Counted from the first letter of the stretch, positions 17,696 to 27,641 are shown. The stretch is 64,000 nt of DNA from Terrimicrobiaceae bacterium (GCA_044342325.1 JBIIPZ010000002.1:32001-96000); one strand, 5' to 3'. The notes: generated by a model not told the origin, from the letters alone. Translations and numbers: made by a program.

Positions 17696-20314
17696 ATGAC
17701 TTTTTCATCTCAATCAAGCCATTTGTATTCTGGAGTTCGTCATGCACTCGTGGTTTTCACTTCAGTGCTCGCATTTGCATCTGCTTTGGCATCAGTGCAC
17801 GCTGAAAGCGATCTCGTCGCTATCTCCGAACGCGAAATTCTGAAGCGACAAGAAGACTCCAAACTGGCTGAACAACTCGTCACCACTGCACGCCGTGACC
17901 TCGCTGACAAAAACCTCGAGGGAGCCTATTCAAACTACCTTCAAGCTCTCCAGATCACCCGATCTGGGCCCGCCACAGAAAAACAGCGCGCCGCCCTCAT
18001 TTTAGAGTTCAGCAAAACGGGAATCGATTACGCCAATTGGCTCATCAGCAATGGGCGGTATCAGGATGCGGAAAATACCGCCAAGACCATCCTATCACCA
18101 GAGTTGAATCCGACATACAGACCTGCCATGCAGATGCTTGCCAACTTGGAGCAACCGGGCTATTACAATCGCACTGTCACCCCCGGTTTTGCCTCCAAGC
18201 GGGACGAAGTAAACGCCATCCTGAATCAGGCCGAGGGATATTACGCCACTGGCCGTAATGACCTAGCATTGAAACGCTACGAACAGGTTCTAAATCTGGA
18301 TCCCTACAACATCGCCGCGCGGAACGGCATGGAGAAAGTCAATAAACAGCGCAAGACCTACTACGACAGCGCCTACGACGAGACCCGCAGCCGCATGCTC
18401 TGGCTTGCCGATCGTGCGTGGGAACGACCAGTTCGAAAACTCACACCAGCAGGACGGGATACGGATGGTTCTTCCTTTGGCACAAATACAGCCGCCAACT
18501 CGAAGGATACCATTAATAACAAACTTAACAAAATCATCATTGACCGGATGGACCTTGAAGACGCTTCGATCCGGGAAGTGGTGGATTTTCTCAAACAAAA
18601 AAGTCGCCAACTCGATAATAGCACTGATGATCCAAAGAAAAAAGGCGTCAATATCGTTCTCAAGTTAGCTTCTCCTGCTGCAGCTCCCGCCCCGCTCGAT
18701 GGACAGGCTGCCGAGATTCCGGCGTCGGAAGCTGGTGTCACCGAGGATACAAAAATTTCCATCGCTCTAAAAAATGTTCCGCTGATCGAGGCCGTGCGTT
18801 ATTTGACAGAACTTTCCGGCTTGAAATACAAAATCGAGCCATTTGCTGTTTCTATCATCCCTCTCACGGAGAACACTGAGGAACTGGTGACTAAAGAATA
18901 CCGCGTGCCCCCTGGGTTCATCCCAGCTTCGGCCGGAGACAGCACGGCTTCGGGGCCAACGCCGGGAAGTCAGCCGTCGGGTGATTCCAATACTCGAATC
19001 ACGGGGCGACGCAATGCCACTCAATATTTTACGGAACAGGGCGTGCCATTTCCAACGGGCGCATTTGCTCAATACATTGCCTCGGGCAGCAAACTCATTG
19101 TCAGAAATACTCAAGCTGCTGTGGACCTAATCGATACCATTGTGGAAGGTGCGACCGGAGTGGCGCCGACACAAGTTGAGATCGAATCGAAATTTGTGGA
19201 AATCTCGCAAGATAACCTAAACGAATTGGGGTTCGATTGGCTTCTCGGACCTTTTGCCATTGGCGGTGGAGTGTATGGAGATGGAGGAACGCGCAGTGGC
19301 GCGCAAGCGCTTTCTTCTCAATACTATGAAAATTATCCGTTCGGAAACGTTGGGACAAACCCTGTGACGGCTGGTAATCGAAACGGCATCGGAACCAGCT
19401 TCAACTCAGCAATAACGGCCAACAGCCTAAACGCCTTGCTGGGAGGAGTCCCACAAGGAACCAATGTGGCTTCTCCGGGCGTTTTTGGAATATCCGGTGT
19501 CTTCACCAATCCTCAGTTTCAGATGGTAATTCGAGCTCTCAGTCAGCAAAGGGGTGTCGATCTCATGTCTGCTCCAAAGGTGACAACCAAAAGCGGTATC
19601 AAGGCAACTATTAAAGTGATACGAGAGTTCCCTTATCCCACGGAGTTTAATCCGCCTCAAGTGCCGCCAGCCTCCACGGGTCAGCAAGGAGGTCAAGGCG
19701 GACAGTCTGTCGGTGGGATCGTCGTTACCACTGGCGCTGTGACTCCATCAACTCCCTCCGCGTTTGAAAAAAGGGATCTTGGCGTGAGCTTGGAGGTAGA
19801 ACCTCAAGTCGGGGCGGATAATTACACGATTGATCTCTCGCTTTCTCCTGAAGTTGTTGAATTTGAGGGATTCGTGAATTATGGGTCGCCAATTGTTGGT
19901 CCTCGCTACGATCCTTCACTTATTGCTGGTGGAAATCCTTCTGGAATTGGAACATTCGTAATCACTCCAAACGTAATCAATCAGCCGATCTTTTCCGTTC
20001 GCAAGGTGACCACCAGCGTGAGCATTTGGGACGGCCAGACGGTCGCCCTCGGTGGCCTCATTCGCGAGGATGTGCAGAAGGTGAACGACAAAGTGCCGAT
20101 CCTCGGCGACATTCCGCTGGCAGGGCGTCTCTTTCGCTCTAATGTGGATCAGAAGATCAAGAGAAACCTCATCGTGTTCGTCACGGCGCGCCTCATGAAC
20201 GCGGAGGGTCAGCCTCTACTTCAGCAGGATGATGAAGAGGAAACCGTGGAGCCGATTGGCCTCCCGGAAGATCTCCCTCCTCCTACCATCACCACACGCT
20301 CTGTTGGAAAATAG
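17696..20314 (+). CDS. TPR-containing secretin (Amuc_1098/PilQ-like), copy 2
   Basis: Same architecture as copy 1: QVEIESKFVE, SAPKVTTKSG and DGQTVALGGL..KVPILGDIPLAGRLFR. Confidence 0.92.
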   Translation: MTFSSQSSHLYSGVRHALVVFTSVLAFASALASVHAESDLVAISEREILKRQEDSKLAEQLVTTARRDLADKNLEGAYSNYLQALQITRSGPATEKQRAALILEFSKTGIDYANWLISNGRYQDAENTAKTILSPELNPTYRPAMQMLANLEQPGYYNRTVTPGFASKRDEVNAILNQAEGYYATGRNDLALKRYEQVLNLDPYNIAARNGMEKVNKQRKTYYDSAYDETRSRMLWLADRAWERPVRKLTPAGRDTDGSSFGTNTAANSKDTINNKLNKIIIDRMDLEDASIREVVDFLKQKSRQLDNSTDDPKKKGVNIVLKLASPAAAPAPLDGQAAEIPASEAGVTEDTKISIALKNVPLIEAVRYLTELSGLKYKIEPFAVSIIPLTENTEELVTKEYRVPPGFIPASAGDSTASGPTPGSQPSGDSNTRITGRRNATQYFTEQGVPFPTGAFAQYIASGSKLIVRNTQAAVDLIDTIVEGATGVAPTQVEIESKFVEISQDNLNELGFDWLLGPFAIGGGVYGDGGTRSGAQALSSQYYENYPFGNVGTNPVTAGNRNGIGTSFNSAITANSLNALLGGVPQGTNVASPGVFGISGVFTNPQFQMVIRALSQQRGVDLMSAPKVTTKSGIKATIKVIREFPYPTEFNPPQVPPASTGQQGGQGGQSVGGIVVTTGAVTPSTPSAFEKRDLGVSLEVEPQVGADNYTIDLSLSPEVVEFEGFVNYGSPIVGPRYDPSLIAGGNPSGIGTFVITPNVINQPIFSVRKVTTSVSIWDGQTVALGGLIREDVQKVNDKVPILGDIPLAGRLFRSNVDQKIKRNLIVFVTARLMNAEGQPLLQQDDEEETVEPIGLPEDLPPPTITTRSVGK

Positions 20315-20381
20315 CCCTCGGACAAGCACCGTTCGACGGAGGAGGGCTTGATTAGGGTTCATGGGATTCTAAGATGTTGCG

Positions 20382-22379
20382 ATGATTTCGATCCGCGAGG
20401 ATTTTGAGGTTGGCACGGCCTCGCCGTTCCAAAGCGAGGTAGAAGGGATTTTCTCGGAGACCGGTATTTTATCGGGCGCGGCATCTTTTGAATACCGCGC
20501 GGAGCAGCAGCGCATGGCTGGGGCTGTGGCTCGAACAATCGAGACGGGCGGGCATCTTGTGGTCGAAGCAGGCACAGGCGTTGGGAAATCCCTCGCCTAC
20601 CTTGTGCCTGCGGCGCTCCACGCGGTGAGGACGAAGCGCAAGGCGGTGATCTGCACACACACGATCGCGCTCCAAGAGCAGCTCATGTTCAAGGACATTC
20701 CGCTCGTGCAAAAAATCGTCCCCGACGAGTTCGAGGCTGTGTTGCTGAAGGGACGGCAAAATTACATCTGCACCACGCGCCTGGTCCGCGCACTTACTCA
20801 GTCGAAGGAATTGTTTACCACTCCCCAGCATGCCGAACTGGAGCGCATCCGCGAGTGGAGCATACAGACGAAGGATGGCTCCTTGAGCGATTTTCTGGAG
20901 CAACCTGATCCCGCTGTGTGGGAAGAGGTGCGCAGCGAGCAGCACCTTTGCACCCCGAAGACATGCGGCCCGGGAAGCGGATGCTTTTATCAAAACCTGC
21001 GCCGCCGTGTCGCGAATGCGAAAATGGTCGTCCTCAACCACGCTCTGTTTTTCACGCTGCTGAACGGTGTGGAGGACGCCGAGAACCGCACGGGAGGGCT
21101 TCTTTTTGCGAATGACTTTGTGATCTTCGACGAGGCCCACACGATGGAGGAGGTCGCCGCGCGCCATATCGGCATGGAGGTGTCCCAACTCGGCCTGCGC
21201 CGCGTCATTCAGCGCCTCTACAATCCCCGAAGCAAAAAAGGGCTCTTCCAGATGCTCAAAAACGGCCCTGCCTGCCGCGCGGTGAGCGATATTCTGCCCG
21301 TTGCAGACAGCTTTTTTCAGCAGGTCACCAAACAATGCACCTTTAAAAAAGGCAGGGAGTTCCGTGTTCGCGAAGCAGGTCTCGCCGAGGGCGGCGAGGT
21401 GTGTGGCGCATTGGCGCGTCTCGGCGAGTTGATCGGTATCGAAGCGGGAAAATGTGACGATGAAACCCACACATCCGAACTCCAAGAGGCCGCCCGCAAG
21501 CTGCGGGAGGCGCGTGGGGCGATCACGGACTTCCTCGCACTCGAGGAACCTGACCATGTTTATTGGGTGGAGCAATACGGCCGCACGGAGGAGTTCTGCA
21601 CCCTCCGCACCGCGCCTGTGAATCTCGCCGACGCCCTCCGGCGTCTCATCTTTCGCGAGGGCGCGTGCACCGTGCTGACGAGCGCGACGCTTTCCACCGG
21701 CGCTCCGGATTTGTCGTATTTCCGAAACCGCGTGGGAGCAGAGGATGTGCCGGCGCTGCAGATCGGAAGCCCCTTCGACTACGAGAAGCAGATGAGCCTT
21801 CACCTTGTCGAGAAGATGCCCGAACCGAAGGCTCCGGATTACGAGGCCTCGCTGGCCAAGTGGATCGCCCACTTCACTGAGAAAAGTGAAGCCCGTGCCT
21901 TCGTTCTGTTCACCAGTTACCAGACGATGCGCTCGGTCGCGGAATTGGTGGAGCCCGTTTTCGAAAAGCGAGGCTGGCAACTCCTCGTGCAGGGTGGGGG
22001 AATGCCCACGCAACGGATGGTGGCGGAGTTTAAAGAAAATCCGCACAGCATCCTCTTCGGCGTCTCCAGTTTCTGGACCGGCGTCGATGTGCCGGGCGAA
22101 GCCCTCTCGAGCGTGATCATCACGCGGCTCCCTTTCACCACGCCCGACCATCCGCTCACCGAGGCGCGGCTGGAGGCGATCGAGGCGGAAGGCGGGCGCG
22201 CGTTTGAAAACTACTCGCTCCCCGAGGCAATCCTCAAACTCCGCCAAGGTGTCGGTCGCCTCATTCGCAGCAAGACGGATACCGGAACAATCGTGATTCT
22301 CGACAGCCGGATCGTGTCGAAGCCGTATGGACGCGCCTTTCTGAGGGCCATGCCGAAATGTCCGGTGGAAATTCACTGA
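20382..22379 (+). CDS. DinG/YoaA family ATP-dependent DNA helicase (Fe-S)
   Basis: EAGTGVGKS, KGRQNYIC, Cys cluster, DEAH, TSATL, FWTGVDVPG and QGVGRLIR. Confidence 0.95.
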   Translation: MISIREDFEVGTASPFQSEVEGIFSETGILSGAASFEYRAEQQRMAGAVARTIETGGHLVVEAGTGVGKSLAYLVPAALHAVRTKRKAVICTHTIALQEQLMFKDIPLVQKIVPDEFEAVLLKGRQNYICTTRLVRALTQSKELFTTPQHAELERIREWSIQTKDGSLSDFLEQPDPAVWEEVRSEQHLCTPKTCGPGSGCFYQNLRRRVANAKMVVLNHALFFTLLNGVEDAENRTGGLLFANDFVIFDEAHTMEEVAARHIGMEVSQLGLRRVIQRLYNPRSKKGLFQMLKNGPACRAVSDILPVADSFFQQVTKQCTFKKGREFRVREAGLAEGGEVCGALARLGELIGIEAGKCDDETHTSELQEAARKLREARGAITDFLALEEPDHVYWVEQYGRTEEFCTLRTAPVNLADALRRLIFREGACTVLTSATLSTGAPDLSYFRNRVGAEDVPALQIGSPFDYEKQMSLHLVEKMPEPKAPDYEASLAKWIAHFTEKSEARAFVLFTSYQTMRSVAELVEPVFEKRGWQLLVQGGGMPTQRMVAEFKENPHSILFGVSSFWTGVDVPGEALSSVIITRLPFTTPDHPLTEARLEAIEAEGGRAFENYSLPEAILKLRQGVGRLIRSKTDTGTIVILDSRIVSKPYGRAFLRAMPKCPVEIH

Positions 22380-22418
22380 AGCTGGATTTTTCAGATCGAA
22401 GCTGATTAGCCTGCACCC

Positions 22419-23117
22419 GTGGAATCCACACGCCTTCAGGAAATGCCGATGGACGAGCGTCCGCGCGAGAAAGCCGAGCGCCATGGTTTCGAGGCGCTCT
22501 CGGATGCCGAGCTGCTGGCGATTTTCATCCGCACCGGTATTCCCGGTAAAAACGCACTCGCCGTGGCACGCGACCTCCTGCGCGACTGCGGCGGCTTCGC
22601 GCAACTCTCCCGCTGCACGCCCAAGGAAATCCGCCGCCACGCCAAGGGCATTGGCCCTGCGAAATCTCTCGAAATGGCGGCAGCGTTCGAGATCGGCAAA
22701 CGCCTGGCCCGTGGCAAGAACCTCTCGCCAGTCCTCGACACAGCGGAGCGGATTTTTGATTTCTTCGGCCACGAGTTCATGGCCATGCGACAGGAATCGC
22801 TGCGGGTCCTCCTCTTGGACACAAAGCTCCGCCTCATCCGCATGGAGGAAATCAGCCTCGGCTCACTTAACGAATGCATCGCGCATCCGAGGGAAATTTT
22901 CCGCCAAGCGCTTGTGCACAGCGCGTTCGCCGTGGCCGTGGTCCACAACCACCCAAGCGGCGATCCCTCGCCGAGCGCGGCGGATTACCGGATAACGCGT
23001 AGTCTGAAAGAGGGAGCGCATTTCCTCCAAATCAATCTCATCGACCATGTCATCCTGGGCTCGCCGGATGGTGGTCGCGTGCCGTATTTCAGTTTCAAAG
23101 AAGCAGGCGTCATATGA
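22419..23117 (+). CDS. radC: RadC (JAB/MPN domain) protein
   Basis: ERPREK, LSDAELLAI, GIGPAK, HPREIF, HNHPSGDPSPS..D and IDHVI. Confidence 0.95.
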   Translation: MESTRLQEMPMDERPREKAERHGFEALSDAELLAIFIRTGIPGKNALAVARDLLRDCGGFAQLSRCTPKEIRRHAKGIGPAKSLEMAAAFEIGKRLARGKNLSPVLDTAERIFDFFGHEFMAMRQESLRVLLLDTKLRLIRMEEISLGSLNECIAHPREIFRQALVHSAFAVAVVHNHPSGDPSPSAADYRITRSLKEGAHFLQINLIDHVILGSPDGGRVPYFSFKEAGVI

Positions 23118-23929
23118 AAATCCATCCCACAGCCATCATCTCACCCGAAGCCCGTCTGGGCGAAAATGTCGAAGTCGGTCCCGGTGCCATCATCGGAGCC
23201 GGCGTGGTGATCGGCGAGGGTTGCGTGATCCAAGCCCATGCGGTCCTCGAAGGCGACACCACACTGGGCGAAGGGAACACCGTGGGCTACGGCGCCATCA
23301 TCGGCGCGCCACCGCAGGATTACGCCCACTCGCCTGAGATCAAAAGCTCGGTCGTCATCGGCAATCACAATCGCATCCGCGAATATGTGACGATCCACCG
23401 CGGAACGAAAGAAGGCACCGAAACCCGCGTGGGAGACAAATGTTTCCTCATGGTGGGCTGCCATCTCGGGCACAATGTGCAGGTCGGCAACGAAGTCGTG
23501 ATCGTGAACAACTGTCTGCTCGGAGGCTATGCGCAGGTTGGCGATGGAGCCGTTCTGGGCGGAGGAGCCGTTTTCCATCAATTTGTCCGGGTCGGAAAGC
23601 GTGCCATGATCGCCGGAGGCTCGCAGTTCAACAAAGACATTCCGCCGTATTCGATGGCTCAACTCTTCAATCTTCTGTCCGGCATCAATATCATCGGCCT
23701 GCGCCGGGCAGGCTTCAAAGCCGAGACCCGCACGGAAATCCGCCGCGCGTTCAAACTCGTTTTCCGCTCAGAAATGCCAGTCAAGGCGGCGTTGGAAAAA
23801 GCCCGCGAGTCGCAATGGGGCCCCGAGGCTCAGGAATTCTTCGATTTCATCGCCTCTTCCAAACGCGGTTGCGCGACGAGCAATCTTGCCAAGGGACAGG
23901 TGATCCCGCTCGAGGATATCGTCGAGTAG
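23114..23929 (+). CDS. lpxA: UDP-N-acetylglucosamine O-acyltransferase
   Basis: IHPTAII, hexapeptide repeats, PQD, IREYVTIHRGT, HQFVRVG and GIN..GLRRAGF. Confidence 0.93.
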   Translation: MKIHPTAIISPEARLGENVEVGPGAIIGAGVVIGEGCVIQAHAVLEGDTTLGEGNTVGYGAIIGAPPQDYAHSPEIKSSVVIGNHNRIREYVTIHRGTKEGTETRVGDKCFLMVGCHLGHNVQVGNEVVIVNNCLLGGYAQVGDGAVLGGGAVFHQFVRVGKRAMIAGGSQFNKDIPPYSMAQLFNLLSGINIIGLRRAGFKAETRTEIRRAFKLVFRSEMPVKAALEKARESQWGPEAQEFFDFIASSKRGCATSNLAKGQVIPLEDIVE

Positions 23930-23935
23930 GCGGCC

Positions 23936-25318
23936 TCAATTCGGAATTGTGCCCACAGCCAGCGCCAGAGCGGCGAGGCTGGTCGAGTATTCCGCCACAG
24001 CACCTGCCCGCACCGAACGCGCTGCAGCTAGTTGGCCTGCCGCCTCGGTGAGTTCAGAAATCTGGCTCAAACCAGCTTTGTAGGCTGCCTCTGTGGCGTT
24101 GAGGTTTTCTTGGGCGGATACCACAAAACCCTCGGCAAAATCCATCCGGCGAGCCGCGCTGAGCGTGTCATGGTAACTCGTCCAGACATCCCGCGTCGCG
24201 GCGAGACGCGATCCTTCAAGCTCTTCCTTTGCGGCGCTCTCCTCGTCACGCCGCTTGCGAACCCTCTCCACGCGCTGAAATCCATCAAAAAGATCCCACT
24301 TCGCCGTGATGAAACCTCCATAGCCATTGATGCCCGCCGCATTCGTTCCCTTATCCTTGCCGGTCTCAGCCGCATACTGGAAGGCCGAGTAGGCGTAGTT
24401 TCCCTCTAGTTTCACCTCAGGAAAAAAATCGGCCTCCGCACGATGTATGGCTGCCTCGCTCGCTCGCACATCCGCCGCACGGGCGGCGAGATCGGGGCGT
24501 GATGTCAGAGCGGCCTCGATGAGTTTTCCCGCGCTCTCGCGCAAGTCGCCAGAACTCGCCGGCAGGTCGTTTGAGGCGAGTGTGAGTGGCGAGTTGGCCG
24601 GGATGCCGACTGCGATGCACAATTCGCCCAGCGTGTTCCGCACCAAGGCGCGGGCGGCCTCGAGTTCATACTGCGCATCGAGAACATCTTTCCGCGCCCG
24701 CAGGAGTTCGGGCCTCGCCGAGAGCCCGTTCCGCACCTCCATCTCGATCGTTTGCTCGGCTGCCTTGGCAAACTCAAGGAGTGAGGCAGCCGCGCGCTCC
24801 TTCCAAAGAGCCGCCTCGTGCGCGAAGTAGCAGCGCTGGATTTCAAAGACAACCTCTTGAAGTTTTCTTTCATAAACAAAACCCGCCGCGTCGAAGAGCG
24901 CCACCGCACGCGACACATCCGCCGCGCGCCTGCCGAAGTCGAGAAGAAGGTATTCGATCGAAAGAACCGTCGTGGCCTGCTGGCGGGTGAACACATTCGG
25001 CGCGGGGATGGCCGGCGTATACCACTTGTCCACTCCGCCCTCAAAGGCGGCTCCGACTTTCGGAAAATACGGCGCCCGCGCCTCGCGGGAACCGGCATAA
25101 GCTGCCTCCGCACGGAACCAGGCCGCACGGGTTTTGGGATTGTTCGCCATACCGAGTTCAAGTAAGCGCCCAAGATCGTAGGTCTTCGATTCCTTAAAAA
25201 CCGGTGTCTCGCGGATTGTAGAATTCCCGGCAAATGCCAGCGCTGAAAAAAGGCACCCGATCGCCAGCGCAATCATTGGCGTTGTATAAATGCGCCGCCA
25301 TCGGCTATCGAAGAGCAT
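23936..25318 (-). CDS. TolC-family outer-membrane efflux protein; start at 25318 or 25276
   Basis: Signal-like N-terminus; 'ANNP', 'YLLLDFGRR', 'RPDL', 'WDLFDGF.R' and 'AYKAGL'; two OEP repeats. Confidence 0.88.
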   Translation of the reverse strand: MLFDSRWRRIYTTPMIALAIGCLFSALAFAGNSTIRETPVFKESKTYDLGRLLELGMANNPKTRAAWFRAEAAYAGSREARAPYFPKVGAAFEGGVDKWYTPAIPAPNVFTRQQATTVLSIEYLLLDFGRRAADVSRAVALFDAAGFVYERKLQEVVFEIQRCYFAHEAALWKERAAASLLEFAKAAEQTIEMEVRNGLSARPELLRARKDVLDAQYELEAARALVRNTLGELCIAVGIPANSPLTLASNDLPASSGDLRESAGKLIEAALTSRPDLAARAADVRASEAAIHRAEADFFPEVKLEGNYAYSAFQYAAETGKDKGTNAAGINGYGGFITAKWDLFDGFQRVERVRKRRDEESAAKEELEGSRLAATRDVWTSYHDTLSAARRMDFAEGFVVSAQENLNATEAAYKAGLSQISELTEAAGQLAAARSVRAGAVAEYSTSLAALALAVGTIPN

Positions 25319-25577
25319 GAACATTGGCGCGGCCAAATTGCCCGCAGTGCTGGCATTGATCAAGTCCTCAGGCGACCCGCTCGTGGATGTGGCCGGCGCT
25401 TACTTTCCCGCTTGGTTGGCTTGCATGATTGCCGGTGCTCTGGGGACATGGTTGCTCGGCGAGTTTCTATCCCGGTTCGGCCTTGCCGCCGCTCTGCGTC
25501 CATCTGCCATCATGTATCCCTGTCTTTTCGCGGCCCTCACCGGTGGTGTGTGGCTTATCTTTTTCTCGGCGCGATGA
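25317..25577 (+). CDS. YtcA-family small membrane protein
   Basis: 'DPLVDVAGAYFPAWLACM...YPCL...VWLIFF' matches YtcA; lies directly upstream of an MdtN-like gene. Confidence 0.75.
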   Translation: MNIGAAKLPAVLALIKSSGDPLVDVAGAYFPAWLACMIAGALGTWLLGEFLSRFGLAAALRPSAIMYPCLFAALTGGVWLIFFSAR

Positions 25578-26674
25578 TTTCCGATCCGAAGAAAAGCAGC
25601 CTGCCGGTCTGGGTTCTCCGCCTAGGGGTCGCCGCCGCCGCCGTCCTTGTCCTGCTCGCGGTCTGGCAAAACCTGCAAACCTTCCCTCGCACCGAGGATG
25701 CCGAGGTGCGGGCGAATGTCGTCGGCGTTGCCCCACAGGTGGGTGGATCGATCACCCGCATTCATGTCACAGACAACCAGGCTGTGAAACAGGGCGATCT
25801 GCTTTTCGAGTTGGATTCCCGCCCGTATGAGGCAGCCGCCGCTCAGGCCAAGGCCCATCTGGAGTTGATCGGCCTTGATGTGAAGGCTCTCCGCGACGAA
25901 ATCGCCGCAGCTGAGGCGACACTCCGCGAGCGCCGCGCCAAGGCGGACTACGCCGATTCCCACTACCAGAGGCTCCAACCACTGCTTGCGGGAAATTTCA
26001 CCTCACCCGACCGCGTTCAGCGGGCGCAGACGGATGCCGAAAGCGCTAGCGCGCTTGTGCGCGAAGCCGAGGCCGCCGTCGAGCGCGCACGGAACAAACT
26101 CGGGGAGTTCGATGGACGAAATACCCGCGTGGAGCAGGCCGCCGCCGCCCTGCGTGATTTCGAACTCAAGGTTTCCTACTGCAAAATCTACGCGCCGTGT
26201 GATGGGTATGTGACCAACCTTCAGATCGCACCGGGAACCTATGCCTCGGCCGGGGAGCAGATCTTTTCCCTCGTCGATTCCTCGGTCTGGTTCGTGCTCG
26301 CAAATTTCCGCGAGACTGATCTCCGCCGCATCCAACCCGGCCAGTCGGCAAGGGTCTATCTCATGGCGCAGCGTGGCAAGGTGGTCTCTGGAATTGTTCA
26401 AGGTATCCCCAAAGCGGTCTATCCACTCGGCACCGCATCGAAAGCCACGCCCGGCGGCGAGGGCGTCTTCTCACAGGTCCAGCCAACATTTGATTTTGTG
26501 CAACTGGCGCAGCGTTTTCCGGTCAGAATCCTTCTCGAAGGCGAGGGCGATTTCCGCATGGGTGGCCGTGCGGCGGTCATCGTGGATACACGCAGCATTT
26601 CGGATGCCGGACGCCTCGAGAAGCTTCAATCGGTCGAGCATCGCGGCTTCACACCCCCTGCGCCAAATGACTGA
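25574..26674 (+). CDS. MdtN/EmrA-type HlyD family periplasmic adaptor
   Basis: PRTEDAEVRANVV.VAPQVGG, DNQAVKQGDLLF.LD, APCDGYVTNL, ANFRET.L..I.PG and VQLAQRFPVRI. Confidence 0.92.
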   Translation: MISDPKKSSLPVWVLRLGVAAAAVLVLLAVWQNLQTFPRTEDAEVRANVVGVAPQVGGSITRIHVTDNQAVKQGDLLFELDSRPYEAAAAQAKAHLELIGLDVKALRDEIAAAEATLRERRAKADYADSHYQRLQPLLAGNFTSPDRVQRAQTDAESASALVREAEAAVERARNKLGEFDGRNTRVEQAAAALRDFELKVSYCKIYAPCDGYVTNLQIAPGTYASAGEQIFSLVDSSVWFVLANFRETDLRRIQPGQSARVYLMAQRGKVVSGIVQGIPKAVYPLGTASKATPGGEGVFSQVQPTFDFVQLAQRFPVRILLEGEGDFRMGGRAAVIVDTRSISDAGRLEKLQSVEHRGFTPPAPND

Positions 26675-27641
26675 GGCCGCTCGCGGCGCATTGCGTCAGG
26701 CTCTCGCCGTGGCCCTCGCTGCGCTGGTTGTGGGCATTTTTCATATCCCGCAGCCGTTCCTTGCCGTCCTCCTCGCGCAATTGCTCGGCGGCATTCCTTG
26801 TCAGAGCGCCTTGGAACTTTTCCGCCGTATCCTCTCTGCATTCGCCGGCTGTCTGGCAGGGGTCGCCATCCTCACACTGGCTCCGAATGAACAATGGATT
26901 TCCCTGCCCCTGTTTTTCACCCTCACCGGCTGGGGGACAGTTTTTGCGCTTCGACGCTTTGGCCCATCCTGTGGCATTCTTTTTGGCATCGGAATCGTTG
27001 CGATGTTTGCCGAGTCCTTTGTTTTCCCGGCGCGTGATATCGTTTTCGGCTTCGCGCACCTCTTTTCACTCATCACAGCCACGCTGGCAGCAGCACTGGT
27101 GGGCTTGGCCTTTTTTCGAGAGCCCGTGGCCGCCAAAAGCCAGAGTCCCCCGCCGGGCTCTGCTGTGGTGATCGGTGCCGCCGCCGTGTGTGGTCTCATC
27201 GCGGCCTGCACGCTTTTGCCCCTTCAGTTGAATGTCACAACGGTGTCATCCCTCACGACCGCCCTGGCTCTCACAATGACCGGCGGAGGCGTGGCTAAAA
27301 AATTCGGCGGCGGGTTGCTCGGCATCGTTGTGGCGTTAGTTTTCTTGATTCCAATCACCGGGTCGGGAAACGACCTAGCTGTTTTTCTGTTCGGTCTGTC
27401 AGCCCTCATCGGGTTCTTCGAGTGGTTCGCCCTGCGCCTTCCTGCCCACGCCGCCGTTTTCCGCCAGGCCGCCGCGATGTTTGCTGTGGCGGCAACGATT
27501 CTGCCTCAACCGGATCGCTTTATCACCGATTCAATGGAGCGGATGTGTGCCGGAACCCTCGGCCTTTGCATCGGATCGGCGTGTTTTTTGCTGCATAGCC
27601 TCGCCACCCGCTCCCCTGCGGAACGCATGCAAAAAGCGTAA
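26667..27641 (+). CDS. FUSC/MdtO-like inner-membrane transporter subunit (short form)
   Basis: About 324 aa with two hydrophobic repeats; follows the MdtN-like gene with an overlapping start. Confidence 0.6.
   Translation: MTEAARGALRQALAVALAALVVGIFHIPQPFLAVLLAQLLGGIPCQSALELFRRILSAFAGCLAGVAILTLAPNEQWISLPLFFTLTGWGTVFALRRFGPSCGILFGIGIVAMFAESFVFPARDIVFGFAHLFSLITATLAAALVGLAFFREPVAAKSQSPPPGSAVVIGAAAVCGLIAACTLLPLQLNVTTVSSLTTALALTMTGGGVAKKFGGGLLGIVVALVFLIPITGSGNDLAVFLFGLSALIGFFEWFALRLPAHAAVFRQAAAMFAVAATILPQPDRFITDSMERMCAGTLGLCIGSACFLLHSLATRSPAERMQKA

Noticed and set aside
20469..22772. 767-aa minus-strand ORF
   Set aside because: Antisense shadow of dinG/yoaA-radC with no recognisable motifs; typical of GC-rich codon bias.
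22419..23117. radC as a marker of a mobile element
   Set aside because: Full-length chromosomal type with its N-terminal HhH region, in an operon with the helicase and lpxA.
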